Below, in pieces: positions 26,875 to 36,135 of a stretch of DNA of 45,151 bases (the stretch's first letter is position 1; each line of letters opens with the position of its first letter). The translations under genes were made by a program, and so were the position numbers. The notes under the pieces were generated by a model. That model worked only from the letters and a program-made list of their open reading frames with translations. It was not told the origin of the DNA and did no database searches. This DNA is from Pirellulales bacterium (lineage in GTDB: Bacteria > Planctomycetota > Planctomycetia > Pirellulales > UBA1268): NCBI GenBank assembly GCA_044346905.1, contig JBIIYH010000002.1:1-45151 (forward strand), given 5' to 3'.

Positions 26875-27327
26875 TCAGGAGAGCAGCCGGTCCACGCTCT
26901 CCAGCAGCCGGTCCATCGCAAACGGCTTGCGGATGTAATCGTCCACGCCGAGCATCTCGGCATAGGCCTTGTGGCGGCTCCCCTCGTTGGCGGTGATCAT
27001 GATCACCCGCATCGGGTCGGGCCGACTGCGGCGGAGTTTTTCCAGCACGAGAAACCCGCTCCGCTTGGGCATCATCATGTCGAGCACCACGAGGTCGGGC
27101 TCCTCGCTCTCGGCCATCACCAGGCCCTGGTTGCCGTCACGAGCCACGAGGATCTGGTAGCCGCGAGTCTCGAGGACGGTCCGCATCGACTCGACAATCT
27201 CGTGATCGTCATCGACGAGCAGAATCCGCTTGCCGGCTCCACGGGAGGCGGCGTCAGAGGCCGGGCGAGCGTCGGGCGAGGCCGGCGTGGCCCTGGCGGT
27301 CTTGCGGGGCTTCTTGGCGGCGGGCAT
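26875..27327 (-). CDS. Stand-alone response regulator receiver protein with a basic N-terminal extension
   Basis: Trimmed to ATG 27327 (MPAAKKPRK...). REC motifs: ILLVDDDHEI, DLVVLDMMMP, MITANEG, DDYIRKPF. No output domain and no kinase gene nearby. Confidence 0.8.
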   Translation of the reverse strand: MPAAKKPRKTARATPASPDARPASDAASRGAGKRILLVDDDHEIVESMRTVLETRGYQILVARDGNQGLVMAESEEPDLVVLDMMMPKRSGFLVLEKLRRSRPDPMRVIMITANEGSRHKAYAEMLGVDDYIRKPFAMDRLLESVDRLLS

Positions 27328-27411
27328 GAGGGTTTTTCCCGGAGCAAACAAATGAAAGCGTTTTCGCCATGAGCCTAGCACGGCCGCCCCCGGGTGGCCA
27401 CCATGGAGTGA

Positions 27412-28155
27412 TCAGGTCCGCAGAACCGCAGGCCGCGCGCCGCCCAGGCAGACCGCCGCCACGGCCACCCCGATCGCGGCCCCGAAAGCGATGTCGCTGG
27501 GGTAGTGGGCCGACGACGCCACTCGCTGCGCGGCCGCGAGCGTCGCGAGCGCGGCGAACGTCGCGGTGGCGTGTGGATATTTCCAGGCCAGCGCCGTGGC
27601 CAAGCCGGCGGCCACCGCCGCATGTCCGGAAGGAAAACTCATCAAGTCGGCAGGCTTGCCGACCAGCCCCCCACCACCGACCGCGGCCGCGGCGGCCGAC
27701 ACGCCAAACGTGTCGAAGACCGAAGCGACGGCCGTCAAGTCGGCGGCCCGTGGCCGCACCCGCGTGACGATCGCCTTCACGAGGTCCACCACCAGGCCGC
27801 CGGCATAGGTCGCCGCGACGAGCCGCGCAAAATCCATCCGACCAGCCAGGGAAAAACCTGCCCGCCGCCATGCCGGATCCACGCTCACGGTTACCGCCAA
27901 GATCACCGCCACCGCCAGGCCGTGCGCGAACGCCTCACTCAAGTCGATCAGCCGCCCCAGGTCGCCCGGCAGGCGATGGTTCCGAAACCAGGCGGCGACC
28001 GGAACATCGACCAGAAATAGACCGCATCCGACCACAGCCAAGCCGAAGGCCACCCCCAGCCTGCCTGTCAGGCCGCCGGGCACGCCTCGCCCGACCGAAG
28101 CTGCGTCGTCCGTGCGGCGTTCGCTACCCCGACTCGTCATGTGGCGCGTGTCCAT
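27412..28155 (-). CDS. PAP2-family membrane phosphatase
   Basis: Trimmed to ATG 28155 (MDTRHM...); an alternative start is 28140. Acid-phosphatase motifs: KAIVTRVRPRA, FPSGHA, SSAHYPSDI. Multiple TM helices. Confidence 0.75.
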   Translation of the reverse strand: MDTRHMTSRGSERRTDDAASVGRGVPGGLTGRLGVAFGLAVVGCGLFLVDVPVAAWFRNHRLPGDLGRLIDLSEAFAHGLAVAVILAVTVSVDPAWRRAGFSLAGRMDFARLVAATYAGGLVVDLVKAIVTRVRPRAADLTAVASVFDTFGVSAAAAAVGGGGLVGKPADLMSFPSGHAAVAAGLATALAWKYPHATATFAALATLAAAQRVASSAHYPSDIAFGAAIGVAVAAVCLGGARPAVLRT

Positions 28156-28235
28156 GCGGGGAGTCTGCCAGATCGGCCGAGGCAGCGCCCATCCGGGCGG
28201 GCTGAGGGCCGCAGCGACCTGCCGCCTCACCGCCG

Positions 28236-29783
28236 TTATTGCCACAACCCTCTGTCGAGCAGCCGGTAGTTGATCGCCTCGCTCACATGGCTGCAGCCGA
28301 TGCCGTCGGCGGCGTCGAGATCGGCCACGGTGCGGGCCACCCGCAGCACCTTGTCGTGCGCCCGGGCCGAGAGCCCGAGATCGGCCACCGCCGCCCGCAG
28401 CAGCTCGGCCGCGGCCGGCTCGAGCCGGCACAGCTCGCGGATCTGACGGCTCGTCATCCGGGCATTCGACCGGGTCGCGCAGCCCTTGAACCGCTCCGTC
28501 TGCCGCAGCCGGGCCGCCAACACCGCCTCCCGCATCTGCCCGCTCGACGTGCCCGGCCGCTTGGCGGCCAGCTCCCGAAAGGGCACCGCCGGCACCTCCA
28601 GGTGGATGTCGATCCGGTCGAGCAGCGGCCCCGACACCTTGCTCATGTATTTCTCCACTTGCGGCGTGGTGCATTGGCACTGCCGCCGCGGGTCGCCGCG
28701 GTAGCCGCACGGGCAGGGATTGAGGGCGGCCACGAGCATGAAGTCGGCGGGAAACCGGGTCGTGGACTTGGCCCGACTGATGGTGACCTCGCCGTCTTCG
28801 AGCGGCTGGCGGAGCACCTCGAGCGTACGCCGGTTGAACTCCGGCAGTTCGTCGAGGAACAAGACACCATTGTGGGCGAGGCTGATCTCACCCGGCATCG
28901 GGATCGAGCGGCCGCCCACCAGGCCTGCCTCGCTGATCGTGTGGTGGGGCGCCCGGAAGGGCCGCGTGGCCAACAGCGGCTGCCCCGGCTGCAGCAGCCC
29001 CAGGGCGCTGTAGATCCGCGTGGTCTCGATCGACTCGGCGGCCGAAAGCTGCGGCAGGATCGTGGGCACCCGCTTGGCGAGCATCGTCTTGCCGCCCCCC
29101 GGCGGGCCCACCATCAGGCAGTTGTGGCCGCCGGCCGCCGCCACGCAGACGGCCCGCTTGGCCGCCTCCTGGCCGCGGACGTCGGCGAAGTCGACGTCAT
29201 AGGAGGCGAACCGGTCGAACCACTCCGCCACCCGGGTCGGGGCCGGCTGGATCTGCAGGTCGCCGGCGAAGAACTGCACCGCCTCGGTCAGCGACGAGAC
29301 CGGGATCACCTCGATGTCTTCCACGACCGCCGCCTCGGTGGCGCTGGCCGCCGGCACGACGATCCCGCGCAGGGGCCGCTCCCGCCGCTGCCGGGCCACC
29401 GCCATCGCGATCGAGAGCGCGCCGCGGGCGGGCCGCGTCGAGCCCTCCAGCGAAAGCTCGCCCACGACGGCGTATTCCTCGAGCCGCTCCGGAGCGAACT
29501 GTCCGCTCCCCGCCAGGATCCCCAGCGTGATCGGCAGGTCGAACGTGGCCGCCTGCTTGGGTAGCTCGGCCGGGGCGAGGTTGATCACGATCCGGTCGTT
29601 GGGCCGGTTGAAGCCGGAGTTGACCATCGCCCGGGCGACGCGATGGGTGCTCTCGCGGATGGCCGTGTCGGGCATCCCCACGAGGACCGTGGCCGGCAGG
29701 GAGCCGGCCGAGACATCCACCTCGACGTCCACGGGAACCGCATCGATGCCGAACAGTGAATAGGTCTGCAAGCGAGCAAGCAT
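28236..29783 (-). CDS. comM: YifB/ComM-family Mg-chelatase-like AAA+ ATPase
   Basis: Trimmed to ATG 29783 (MLARLQTYSLFGIDAVPVDVEVD...). Walker A VGPPGGGKTMLA, Walker B VLFLDELPEF, and the C-terminal ChlI-like region. Confidence 0.85.
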   Translation of the reverse strand: MLARLQTYSLFGIDAVPVDVEVDVSAGSLPATVLVGMPDTAIRESTHRVARAMVNSGFNRPNDRIVINLAPAELPKQAATFDLPITLGILAGSGQFAPERLEEYAVVGELSLEGSTRPARGALSIAMAVARQRRERPLRGIVVPAASATEAAVVEDIEVIPVSSLTEAVQFFAGDLQIQPAPTRVAEWFDRFASYDVDFADVRGQEAAKRAVCVAAAGGHNCLMVGPPGGGKTMLAKRVPTILPQLSAAESIETTRIYSALGLLQPGQPLLATRPFRAPHHTISEAGLVGGRSIPMPGEISLAHNGVLFLDELPEFNRRTLEVLRQPLEDGEVTISRAKSTTRFPADFMLVAALNPCPCGYRGDPRRQCQCTTPQVEKYMSKVSGPLLDRIDIHLEVPAVPFRELAAKRPGTSSGQMREAVLAARLRQTERFKGCATRSNARMTSRQIRELCRLEPAAAELLRAAVADLGLSARAHDKVLRVARTVADLDAADGIGCSHVSEAINYRLLDRGLWQ

Positions 29784-30044
29784 GGCGACGGCCTCCAACT
29801 CCATTTCGGGGGCCACGGCCGCGGCCACGCCGCAGAAACCTGGCACCAGACCAAAGGAATGTACACCCGTTCAGTTCCTGGTCAACCCCCAATCGCCCAG
29901 CACGGTCGCGGCAGTCGCCGGGGTCAGAAAACCTGGCGGCAACGAACCGCCCGGCAGTACCATAAAGGGGTACCGGCGGCCGAGGCGGCCGCGGGTGGAA
30001 GCAGACGAAACCGGCCGCGCCCCCCGCTCGCGGAGGCAGCTCGC

Positions 30045-31160
30045 GTGACCTCCATGCCAGCGATGCTCACCACGTTGATCGTGTCGTGCGGGACGCTCGT
30101 CGCCGGGCTCGCCGGTGTTCTGGTCTCGGCCGCCGAGCCGGCGGATCCCGCCCGCTTGCCCGCCATCACGGTGGCCGACGTGTCGCTCGGGCTCCGAGCC
30201 GCGGGGGAGCCGCTCACGGTCGAGTCGCTGCAGCACCGTGTCGTGGTGTTCGCATTCTGGAACCACGAGTCGCAAGACTCCCGAGCCATGCTGCCGCTGC
30301 TCGAGCAGCTGCACCGCAGCCAGGCGCCGGCGGGCCTACTCGTGGTCGGTGCCCACATCCAATCCGGCGGTCCGGTCGAGGTGCGGGAGGCGGCCCGGAA
30401 AGCCGGCCTGACTTTTCCCGTGGTCGTGAAGCCGTCGATCAACGGGCTGGATCCCCCCGCACCGCCTCATGTCGTGGTGTTCGACCACACCGGCGGCACA
30501 ATCGCCAGCGGTACCATCCTGGAGGTCGCCCAGCCGGTGCTGGCCGCCGTGCGGGCGGCACCGCCGATCGTGCTCGCTGGGCGGCACCTCCAGAAGCTCC
30601 CCGCCATCGAACGGATGCTGCGCGACGAAGCGCAACTCAAAGCGGCGCTTCACAAGGCGACCGAACTGGCCGAGTCGGCCGACGAAGCCACCGCCGAGGA
30701 GGCGAAGTTCGTGCTCGAGCGACTGGGCGTGTTGGCCGCTTCGTTGCTGGCCAAGGCGGAAGCCACCAAGGCCACCGATCCTGCCGCGGCGACTGAGCTT
30801 TTGCACCGCGTGGCCACGGCCTTCCGCGGCCACGAGGCGGGTGATCGGGCGGTCAATCTGCAGCGGGAGTGGAAACGCGACCCGCAGGTGACGAACGGGC
30901 TGCAGGCCGCGCACCTCGCCAGGCAGCTCGAAGCCCTGCGGGCCCAGGCCCTCGCCCCGGCGGGCGTCCCACACAGCGGCGGACAGCCCGGCCCGCGGGT
31001 GGCAAGCCTGAAGACGGTCGCCTCGATACCACCTGCGGTGAAAGACCGGCTCGCCCAACTCGCCGCCAGCATCCTGCGGCTCGGCCCGGGCTCCACCTAC
31101 GCCTCCCGCGCCGAAGAGATCGTCATCGAGTTCGGCCTGGACCTTCCCACATCCCCCTGA
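30045..31160 (+). CDS. Secreted thioredoxin-fold (TlpA/redoxin-like) protein lacking the CxxC motif, with a helical C-terminal extension
   Basis: GTG 30045 has a GGAGG 8 nt upstream; an alternative start is ATG 30054. It has a signal/TM segment. The segment VVVFAFWNHESQDSRAMLPLL occupies the place of the redoxin 'W..WC..C' active site but contains no Cys. Confidence 0.6.
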   Translation: MTSMPAMLTTLIVSCGTLVAGLAGVLVSAAEPADPARLPAITVADVSLGLRAAGEPLTVESLQHRVVVFAFWNHESQDSRAMLPLLEQLHRSQAPAGLLVVGAHIQSGGPVEVREAARKAGLTFPVVVKPSINGLDPPAPPHVVVFDHTGGTIASGTILEVAQPVLAAVRAAPPIVLAGRHLQKLPAIERMLRDEAQLKAALHKATELAESADEATAEEAKFVLERLGVLAASLLAKAEATKATDPAAATELLHRVATAFRGHEAGDRAVNLQREWKRDPQVTNGLQAAHLARQLEALRAQALAPAGVPHSGGQPGPRVASLKTVASIPPAVKDRLAQLAASILRLGPGSTYASRAEEIVIEFGLDLPTSP

Positions 31161-31171
31161 GACCATCCCCC

Positions 31172-31861
31172 ATGCCGTGCCCTGCCCCACACCATGGTGC
31201 CCCCGTCCGCGTGCCTCGCCGCGTGCCGCTCAAGCAGGCAGTCACGCTGGCCGTCCTGCTCATGCCTTGGGCCAGCCGGGCGGAGGCTCCGGCCGAGTGG
31301 CGGTCGCTGTTCGATGGGCGGGCCCTCGGCCAGTGGAAGCCGACGCCGTTCGGCGGCGAGGGGGAGGTGAGCGTCGATCGGGGCCTGCTGCGGATCGCGC
31401 TGGGGGCCGATCTTAGCGGCGTGACCTGGCAGGGAGACTTCCCCCGCCAGAACTTCGAACTCGCCCTCGAGGCCCGCCGGGTGGACGGGAGCGACTTCTT
31501 CTGCGGCCTCACCTTCCCGGTCGGCAAGTCACACTGCAGCCTGATCGTGGGAGGCTGGGGCGGCGGCGTGGTGGGCCTGTCGAGCATCGACGGCCAGGAT
31601 GCCGCCAACAACGCCACGACCCGGGTCATGTCGTTCACGAGCGGCCGCTGGTACGCCGTCCGGGTCCGGGTCACGCCCGACAAGATCACCTGCTTTCTCG
31701 ACGACGAGCAGATCATCGACCAGCCGCTGGCCGACCACGAGATCTCGGTCCGCGAGGAGGTGGCGGCTTCACAGCCGCTGGGGATCGCGACCTACGCGAC
31801 GACGGCCGAACTGCGGAACATCCGCTGGCGGCCCGTGGCCGAAGCCCCTGCCAAACCATGA
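31172..31861 (+). CDS. DUF1080 (3-keto-disaccharide hydrolase-like) domain protein, secreted
   Basis: Trimmed to ATG 31172. It has a signal peptide, followed by WRSLFDGRALGQWK...FELALEARR...WYAVRVRV...ELRNIRW, typical of DUF1080. Confidence 0.75.
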   Translation: MPCPAPHHGAPVRVPRRVPLKQAVTLAVLLMPWASRAEAPAEWRSLFDGRALGQWKPTPFGGEGEVSVDRGLLRIALGADLSGVTWQGDFPRQNFELALEARRVDGSDFFCGLTFPVGKSHCSLIVGGWGGGVVGLSSIDGQDAANNATTRVMSFTSGRWYAVRVRVTPDKITCFLDDEQIIDQPLADHEISVREEVAASQPLGIATYATTAELRNIRWRPVAEAPAKP

Positions 31862-32598
31862 CCGGATCCGATCCCGAACCGAACGACGCCGCCCGGCTGC
31901 GATACCGGATCGCCGGCGAAGCGGCCCGCGGGGTGACCGCCGGGAGCGACACCCGCCGGGCGGTGTTTCGGGCCGCCCGCCGGGTGGCCCGCGACTGGGT
32001 GCCCGAGGACCAACTCCCCGACGATGCCCAGGTCCGCGACGAGGTCCACCGCCGCCTCGACGCCACCGGGTCGCTGGCCCACCTCGTCGGCGACCGGTTC
32101 GACGCCCTGGCGGCCTCTGTGGCCGTGCTGGCGACGGTCCGCTCGCACCCGGCCCGGCCCGCGGAGGGCGACCTGCTCGACCACACGCTCGAGGTCTTCG
32201 ACCGCGTGCACCGGGAGCGGCCCTTCGACGAGGAGCTGCTGACTGCGGCGCTCGTCCACGACGTGGGGATGGCGATCGACCGGCGGGCGGCGGTGGCCGC
32301 CACGCTCGAGGCGATCGGCGACCTCGTGACCCCGCGGACCCGCTGGCTCGTCGAATCGCTGCCGGCGGCCCGGGCCTACGCCGACCAGACCCTCGGCCAT
32401 CGGGCCCGGAAGCGGCTCGAGGCCCACCCCGACTTCCTCGACGCGCTCTTGCTCGCCGAGGCGGATCGCGGGGGCGGCAGCTCCGGGGATCCACCGCCGT
32501 CGCTGGAGCAGGCGGTGGCAGTGCTGCGGGCGCTCGACCGCGCGGCCGCGGAGGATGGCGACGGCCGACACCCACCTGACCCCCGGGATTCTCCATGA
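31858..32598 (+). CDS. HD-domain protein (putative metal-dependent phosphohydrolase)
   Basis: The ATG overlaps the upstream stop (ATGA at 31858-31861). It has the H...HD pattern: LLDHTLEVF ... LTAALVHDVGMAID. Confidence 0.6.
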   Translation: MTGSDPEPNDAARLRYRIAGEAARGVTAGSDTRRAVFRAARRVARDWVPEDQLPDDAQVRDEVHRRLDATGSLAHLVGDRFDALAASVAVLATVRSHPARPAEGDLLDHTLEVFDRVHRERPFDEELLTAALVHDVGMAIDRRAAVAATLEAIGDLVTPRTRWLVESLPAARAYADQTLGHRARKRLEAHPDFLDALLLAEADRGGGSSGDPPPSLEQAVAVLRALDRAAAEDGDGRHPPDPRDSP

Positions 32599-32783
32599 CG
32601 GATTCCGATGGCTTCCCTCGGCGGCTGGCCCGCCGCCCCCCACGCGAAGATGCCTGTCTTTTTTCTCTACCCTTGTTCTCTGCCCTGTCCTTTTTCTCTA
32701 CTGGAAAAAAGTTGTGGAAGTGCCATGGCCCATCCTCTCCTTCTGACGCCCTCGATGCGCCGCTGATGAAAAGCGAGTGACGA

Positions 32784-33311
32784 GTGCTGCCCACGTCCAC
32801 CACGCTCACGCCCGTTGCCGAGCCAGACTTCGCCGTGCTGCGCGAACTGGCCGAAGCCATCTGGCGGCAGCACTACTCGGCGATCATTTCAGCCGCCCAG
32901 ATCGACTTCATGCTCGCCGGCCGGTTCAGCGACGCTGCCTTGCGGGAGCACGTTCAGGCAGCCGACAGGTGGCTCGAACTGCTGCGGGTCTCGGGCGTGC
33001 CGGTCGGCTACTGCGGGTACGAACTGGCGGACATGGACGACGACGGGAGCGGGCCTGCTGCCATGAAACTCGGCCAACTTTACGTGCACAAACCCCACCG
33101 CGGTCTGGGACTCGGCCGGTTCATGCTCCGGCACGTCGAAGACCGGGCGCGTGAACTGGGCAGCGGGCGACTTTGGCTGCAGGTCAACAAGAACAACACC
33201 GCGGCCATCGGGTTCTACCGCTCAGCCGGATTCGAAGTTGTCCGGGAGGCCGTGTTCGAGATCGGTGGCGGCTTCGTCATGGACGACTACGTGATGGCGA
33301 TGGCCCTGTAG
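32784..33311 (+). CDS. GNAT-family N-acetyltransferase
   Basis: GTG start at 32784. Acetyl-CoA binding motif QLYVHKPHRGLGLGRFML, followed by NTAAIGFYRSAGF. Confidence 0.8.
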   Translation: MLPTSTTLTPVAEPDFAVLRELAEAIWRQHYSAIISAAQIDFMLAGRFSDAALREHVQAADRWLELLRVSGVPVGYCGYELADMDDDGSGPAAMKLGQLYVHKPHRGLGLGRFMLRHVEDRARELGSGRLWLQVNKNNTAAIGFYRSAGFEVVREAVFEIGGGFVMDDYVMAMAL

Positions 33312-33368
33312 GCCGTACCGCGGAACCCCCTTTGGCCGGTGACGGTTCTGAAGGCCTACGATGGCCGA

Positions 33369-33631
33369 TCAGCCACCGAGGCGTCGGGGATCCGTTTGCC
33401 ACCAGGGAGGTGGGGCGTCAAGCACATCGAATAGCACGGCGAGCGGGCGAACGACCCCCAGTCGAACCGTGTCGAATCGTGAGTCGCCGAAATCGAGTGG
33501 GTCGCGTGCCAGCCAAAAGTCGATTTCGCGAGCGATGCCAATGAGATCGCTGGACGCATTCGTTGCCGTGATGATCGCTTGGAGCTGTTCGTCTGCCTCA
33601 GGAACCCAGGGGAAAAGGTGACAGCCGCCAA
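33369..33631 (-). pseudogene. RelE/ParE-like toxin gene fragment, probably frameshifted at its 5' end
   Basis: The frame ending at stop 33369 reads PWVPEADEQLQAIITATNASSDLIGIAREIDFWLARDPLDFGDSRFDTVRLGVVRPLAVLFDVLDA, a ParE/RelE-like pattern (W.PEA..L..I...I...L..DP...G.SR...R....PL.V.F.V). It has no nearby start codon in that frame. A TTG at 33631 preceded by GAAGGAG opens the adjacent frame (MAAVTFSP...). The two frames meet at the homopolymer run GGGGAAAA at 33609-33616. Confidence 0.35.
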
Positions 33632-33638
33632 ATCTGGG
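33614..33638. repeat. Left arm of a 25-bp inverted repeat (24/25 match with 34009-34033)
   Basis: AAAGGTGACAGCCGCCAAATCTGGG compared with the reverse complement of CCCAGATTTGGTGGCTGTCACCTTT. Coordinates were cross-checked against ORF-track frames. Confidence 0.85.
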
Positions 33639-34051
33639 ACTCCTTCCATGCCGTCGTCCGCTATGGAGAAGGCAACCCGCTGCGGGCCAATCTCGTCTCC
33701 CGCGCGGAAGCATGGCCGTGGCCGAGCCTGGGCCAGGCTTCGGCGGACTGCCCGATTCCGCTCTCCGCCTGGCCGGTGCCCGGCCCAGCCGACCAGCACC
33801 GGGATTTGTCGATCGAGCACGTGAACCGGCCACAGACCGAAGGCTAGCTGGCCAGCGTTCGGGCGAGCGTGAATCGGGGCAGGCCCTATGGCGACGATGC
33901 CTGGGTGACGCAGGCGGCCACACGGCTCGACCTCCGGGCAACCATGCGGCCGCGCGGTCGGCCCAGGGCCGCCGAAGGCCACGCACCGCCCCTGAGGCCC
34001 GCATCTTGCCCAGATTTGGTGGCTGTCACCTTTATCCGATACGCATCGTAG
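33635..34051 (+). pseudogene. Relic of an IS200/RayT-like (Y1, 'transposase IS200-like') gene: C-terminal part only, with an in-frame TAG
   Basis: The + frame reads WDSFHAVVRYGEGNPLRANLVSRAEAWPWPSLG...IEHVNRPQTEG*LASVRASVNRGRPYGDDAWVTQAATRLDLRATMRPRGRPR. This matches the conserved tail of this family (RY.ErNP.RA.LV..AE.W.WSS ... VN.PqTe.EL..lR.S..rG.P.G...W ... RPRGRP). There is a TAG at 33845-33847, the catalytic N-terminal half is absent, and stops lie upstream at 33569-33574. Confidence 0.5.
34009..34033. repeat. Right arm of the 25-bp inverted repeat
   Basis: CCCAGATTTGGTGGCTGTCACCTTT. In the + orientation it encodes PDLVAVTF, mirroring PDLAAVTF encoded by the left arm on the minus strand. 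Confidence 0.85.
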
Positions 34052-34122
34052 AGGCGAGTTTCATCTCCGTCACATGCGGCCAGGACAGGCGACGGATCGT
34101 TGATGGGCGATGGTGGTGTCGC

Positions 34123-36135
34123 CTAGCGAGCGAGTGCCCTGACGACCGGCAATGGCACTGCTTCGAGCGGCACGTGCGTCAGCAGCATTTGCACCGCATC
34201 GGCCCGCGTCCGCGGCGCCTGCGAACGCAAAACCTCTCGTGCGGAACGGGGCGCCCGCTCGATGGCGAGCCGCCACTCGTCCGGGGAAACACGCTCGTCG
34301 GCACGAAACAGCACGCTCCGGGCATCGGGCTTCCACAGGCCAAGCGCCGTCATCAGGTTGGCCGCCTCGAAGGCCACGTGGTCGGGCTGCAGGTCCTGAT
34401 AGGGCCACAGCGTCACGCCAGGACCGCGGCAGCCCCGCACGAGCACCCGCTGCACCTCCCGCACCCTGCCGACGTCGGCGGCGAGCACCCGCGGCTCGAT
34501 CCCGTCGCGCAGGCAAAGCCAGGCGAGCGTGCCACTGGCCTGGCCGCACAGCATCATCTGGCCGTGCAGCCGCAGGGCAGCCTGCACGATGCTGCTCACG
34601 CCGATGTTCTTCGACGCCCCCAAGAGGCCGTCGCGGTCCACCGGCACGAGGCCGCGCAGCGGAAACATCGCCCTGTTGGTGTGCGTGTTCCAGTTGCGGC
34701 CCGCCGCATGCCTCGGAACCCAGGCCGCCCCGGGCCGATCCGCGACATACCAGCGGCGGGTGGGGTGGAAGTCGATGTGGAATTGAAAGCCGAACACGGC
34801 GTCGTTGGGCATGAAGCCCGCCCACAGCGGCTCCGTGCCCGCGGCGCGGATGTCTTGCTCGCGGAGCATGTCGAGAGCCGCGAGCCGCAGGCCCTCCCGG
34901 ATGTAGGGCTTCGGCGGCAGGCGGTCGGGCGTGCCGAACTCGTCGGTGAGCTCAAACGAGCGAAAGCTCTGGCCCAGGTCGCCGTGGGGGGCATGGGCCG
35001 TGGTCTGCAGGTAGTGGAGAAACGCGAGCGAGCGTTGTTTGGCGTCGGCGAAGATGATCCGCCGCTGCGCGGGCGTCATGTCGACGATGTTCTTCCGCGA
35101 CGCGCCGGCCTCCGTCGCTTCCAGGGCCTCCGCCACGTGGCTGGGCAGTTGGCAGAGGGGATAGTCCTGGGGCGTCGAGTTGAGCTGCAGCGTCTCCACG
35201 CCGCGCGGGAGGCCGAAATGCCGGCGATCGACCAGCCGCCGTTGCGTGTACACGCTGCATCCCGAATTCGAATAGATGCCGTCGCGCATGTCGCTGTCGA
35301 CCCACGGCGGCACCTGGAGCTCGAAGGAGCGGTCGTCATAACGTGCGGGGCGGGCAATGACGGCGTCGTGATCCGCCTCGCGGAGCGTGACGGACCACGT
35401 GATGGAATTCATCTCCTGCGGGGCCTCGTCGTCGAGCGTTTTCGGTGCGCTCGGCTCGTTGAAGCGGGAATGCGGGTCGACGCCCGCCAAGTACTTCGCG
35501 CCGCCCAGCCGGATCACGTCGCCCCAGTCGGAGGAATCGATCGTCAGCCGCGCCGCCACGGTAATCGTGCCGGCGCCGCCATCGGTCCGTTCGAAAACCA
35601 CTCCCGCCACGCGGCTGCCCTCGACGGTCACTCTCGCAGGCTGCCAGCCCCGCAGCAGACGAATCTGTCCGCTGCCCTCCGCAGCGTAGGGGGCGAGCAA
35701 GTCCTCGAAGAGCCTGGCCGCTGCGGCGGGCGTGATCGTCTCCGTGGCCGACCAGCTGTTGCCGGGCGCCGGCACTCCATATTCCTTGCGGTTGTGTTCG
35801 CGAATCCGCTCGATTATTTCGAGGAAGAGCCCCGAGCGGGGAAAATTCGTCGATTGTCCGCCGATGAGCGTGCGTTCATCGACCGGGCCGACGCCTTCTG
35901 CGCTGAACTGCCCCCCCAGCCAGTCGATGTCGTTCACGAGGGCGATGCGTTTCACGCCGAGTCGGGCCGCCTGCACGGCGGCGGCGCACGCCGACTCGTT
36001 TCCTCCCACGATCAGGAGATCGACGCGGAGCGACTGATCCTCGGCCTGGAGCGCCGCCGGCGGCGCGAGGAGCAGCGCGGCGAGGAGGGGAATCAGGAGC
36101 CGTCCGTACGGCCTGAACAACCGCGTGTCACTCAT
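34123..36135 (-). CDS. Secreted FAD-dependent oxidoreductase (FAD_oxidored family-like)
   Basis: 670-aa ORF with a signal peptide (LLIPLLAALLLAPPAALQA). Dinucleotide-binding motif DLLIVGGNESACAAAVQAARLG. Confidence 0.8.
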   Translation of the reverse strand: MSDTRLFRPYGRLLIPLLAALLLAPPAALQAEDQSLRVDLLIVGGNESACAAAVQAARLGVKRIALVNDIDWLGGQFSAEGVGPVDERTLIGGQSTNFPRSGLFLEIIERIREHNRKEYGVPAPGNSWSATETITPAAAARLFEDLLAPYAAEGSGQIRLLRGWQPARVTVEGSRVAGVVFERTDGGAGTITVAARLTIDSSDWGDVIRLGGAKYLAGVDPHSRFNEPSAPKTLDDEAPQEMNSITWSVTLREADHDAVIARPARYDDRSFELQVPPWVDSDMRDGIYSNSGCSVYTQRRLVDRRHFGLPRGVETLQLNSTPQDYPLCQLPSHVAEALEATEAGASRKNIVDMTPAQRRIIFADAKQRSLAFLHYLQTTAHAPHGDLGQSFRSFELTDEFGTPDRLPPKPYIREGLRLAALDMLREQDIRAAGTEPLWAGFMPNDAVFGFQFHIDFHPTRRWYVADRPGAAWVPRHAAGRNWNTHTNRAMFPLRGLVPVDRDGLLGASKNIGVSSIVQAALRLHGQMMLCGQASGTLAWLCLRDGIEPRVLAADVGRVREVQRVLVRGCRGPGVTLWPYQDLQPDHVAFEAANLMTALGLWKPDARSVLFRADERVSPDEWRLAIERAPRSAREVLRSQAPRTRADAVQMLLTHVPLEAVPLPVVRALAR

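Noticed and set aside
29833-29937. The 12/13-nt direct repeat CAGAAA(A)CCTGGC (29833-29844 and 29925-29937) and a GGTACC-containing mini-palindrome in the comM/thioredoxin-like divergent spacer
   Set aside because: They are too short and imperfect to distinguish from chance without genome-wide statistics. No regulator gene is adjacent.
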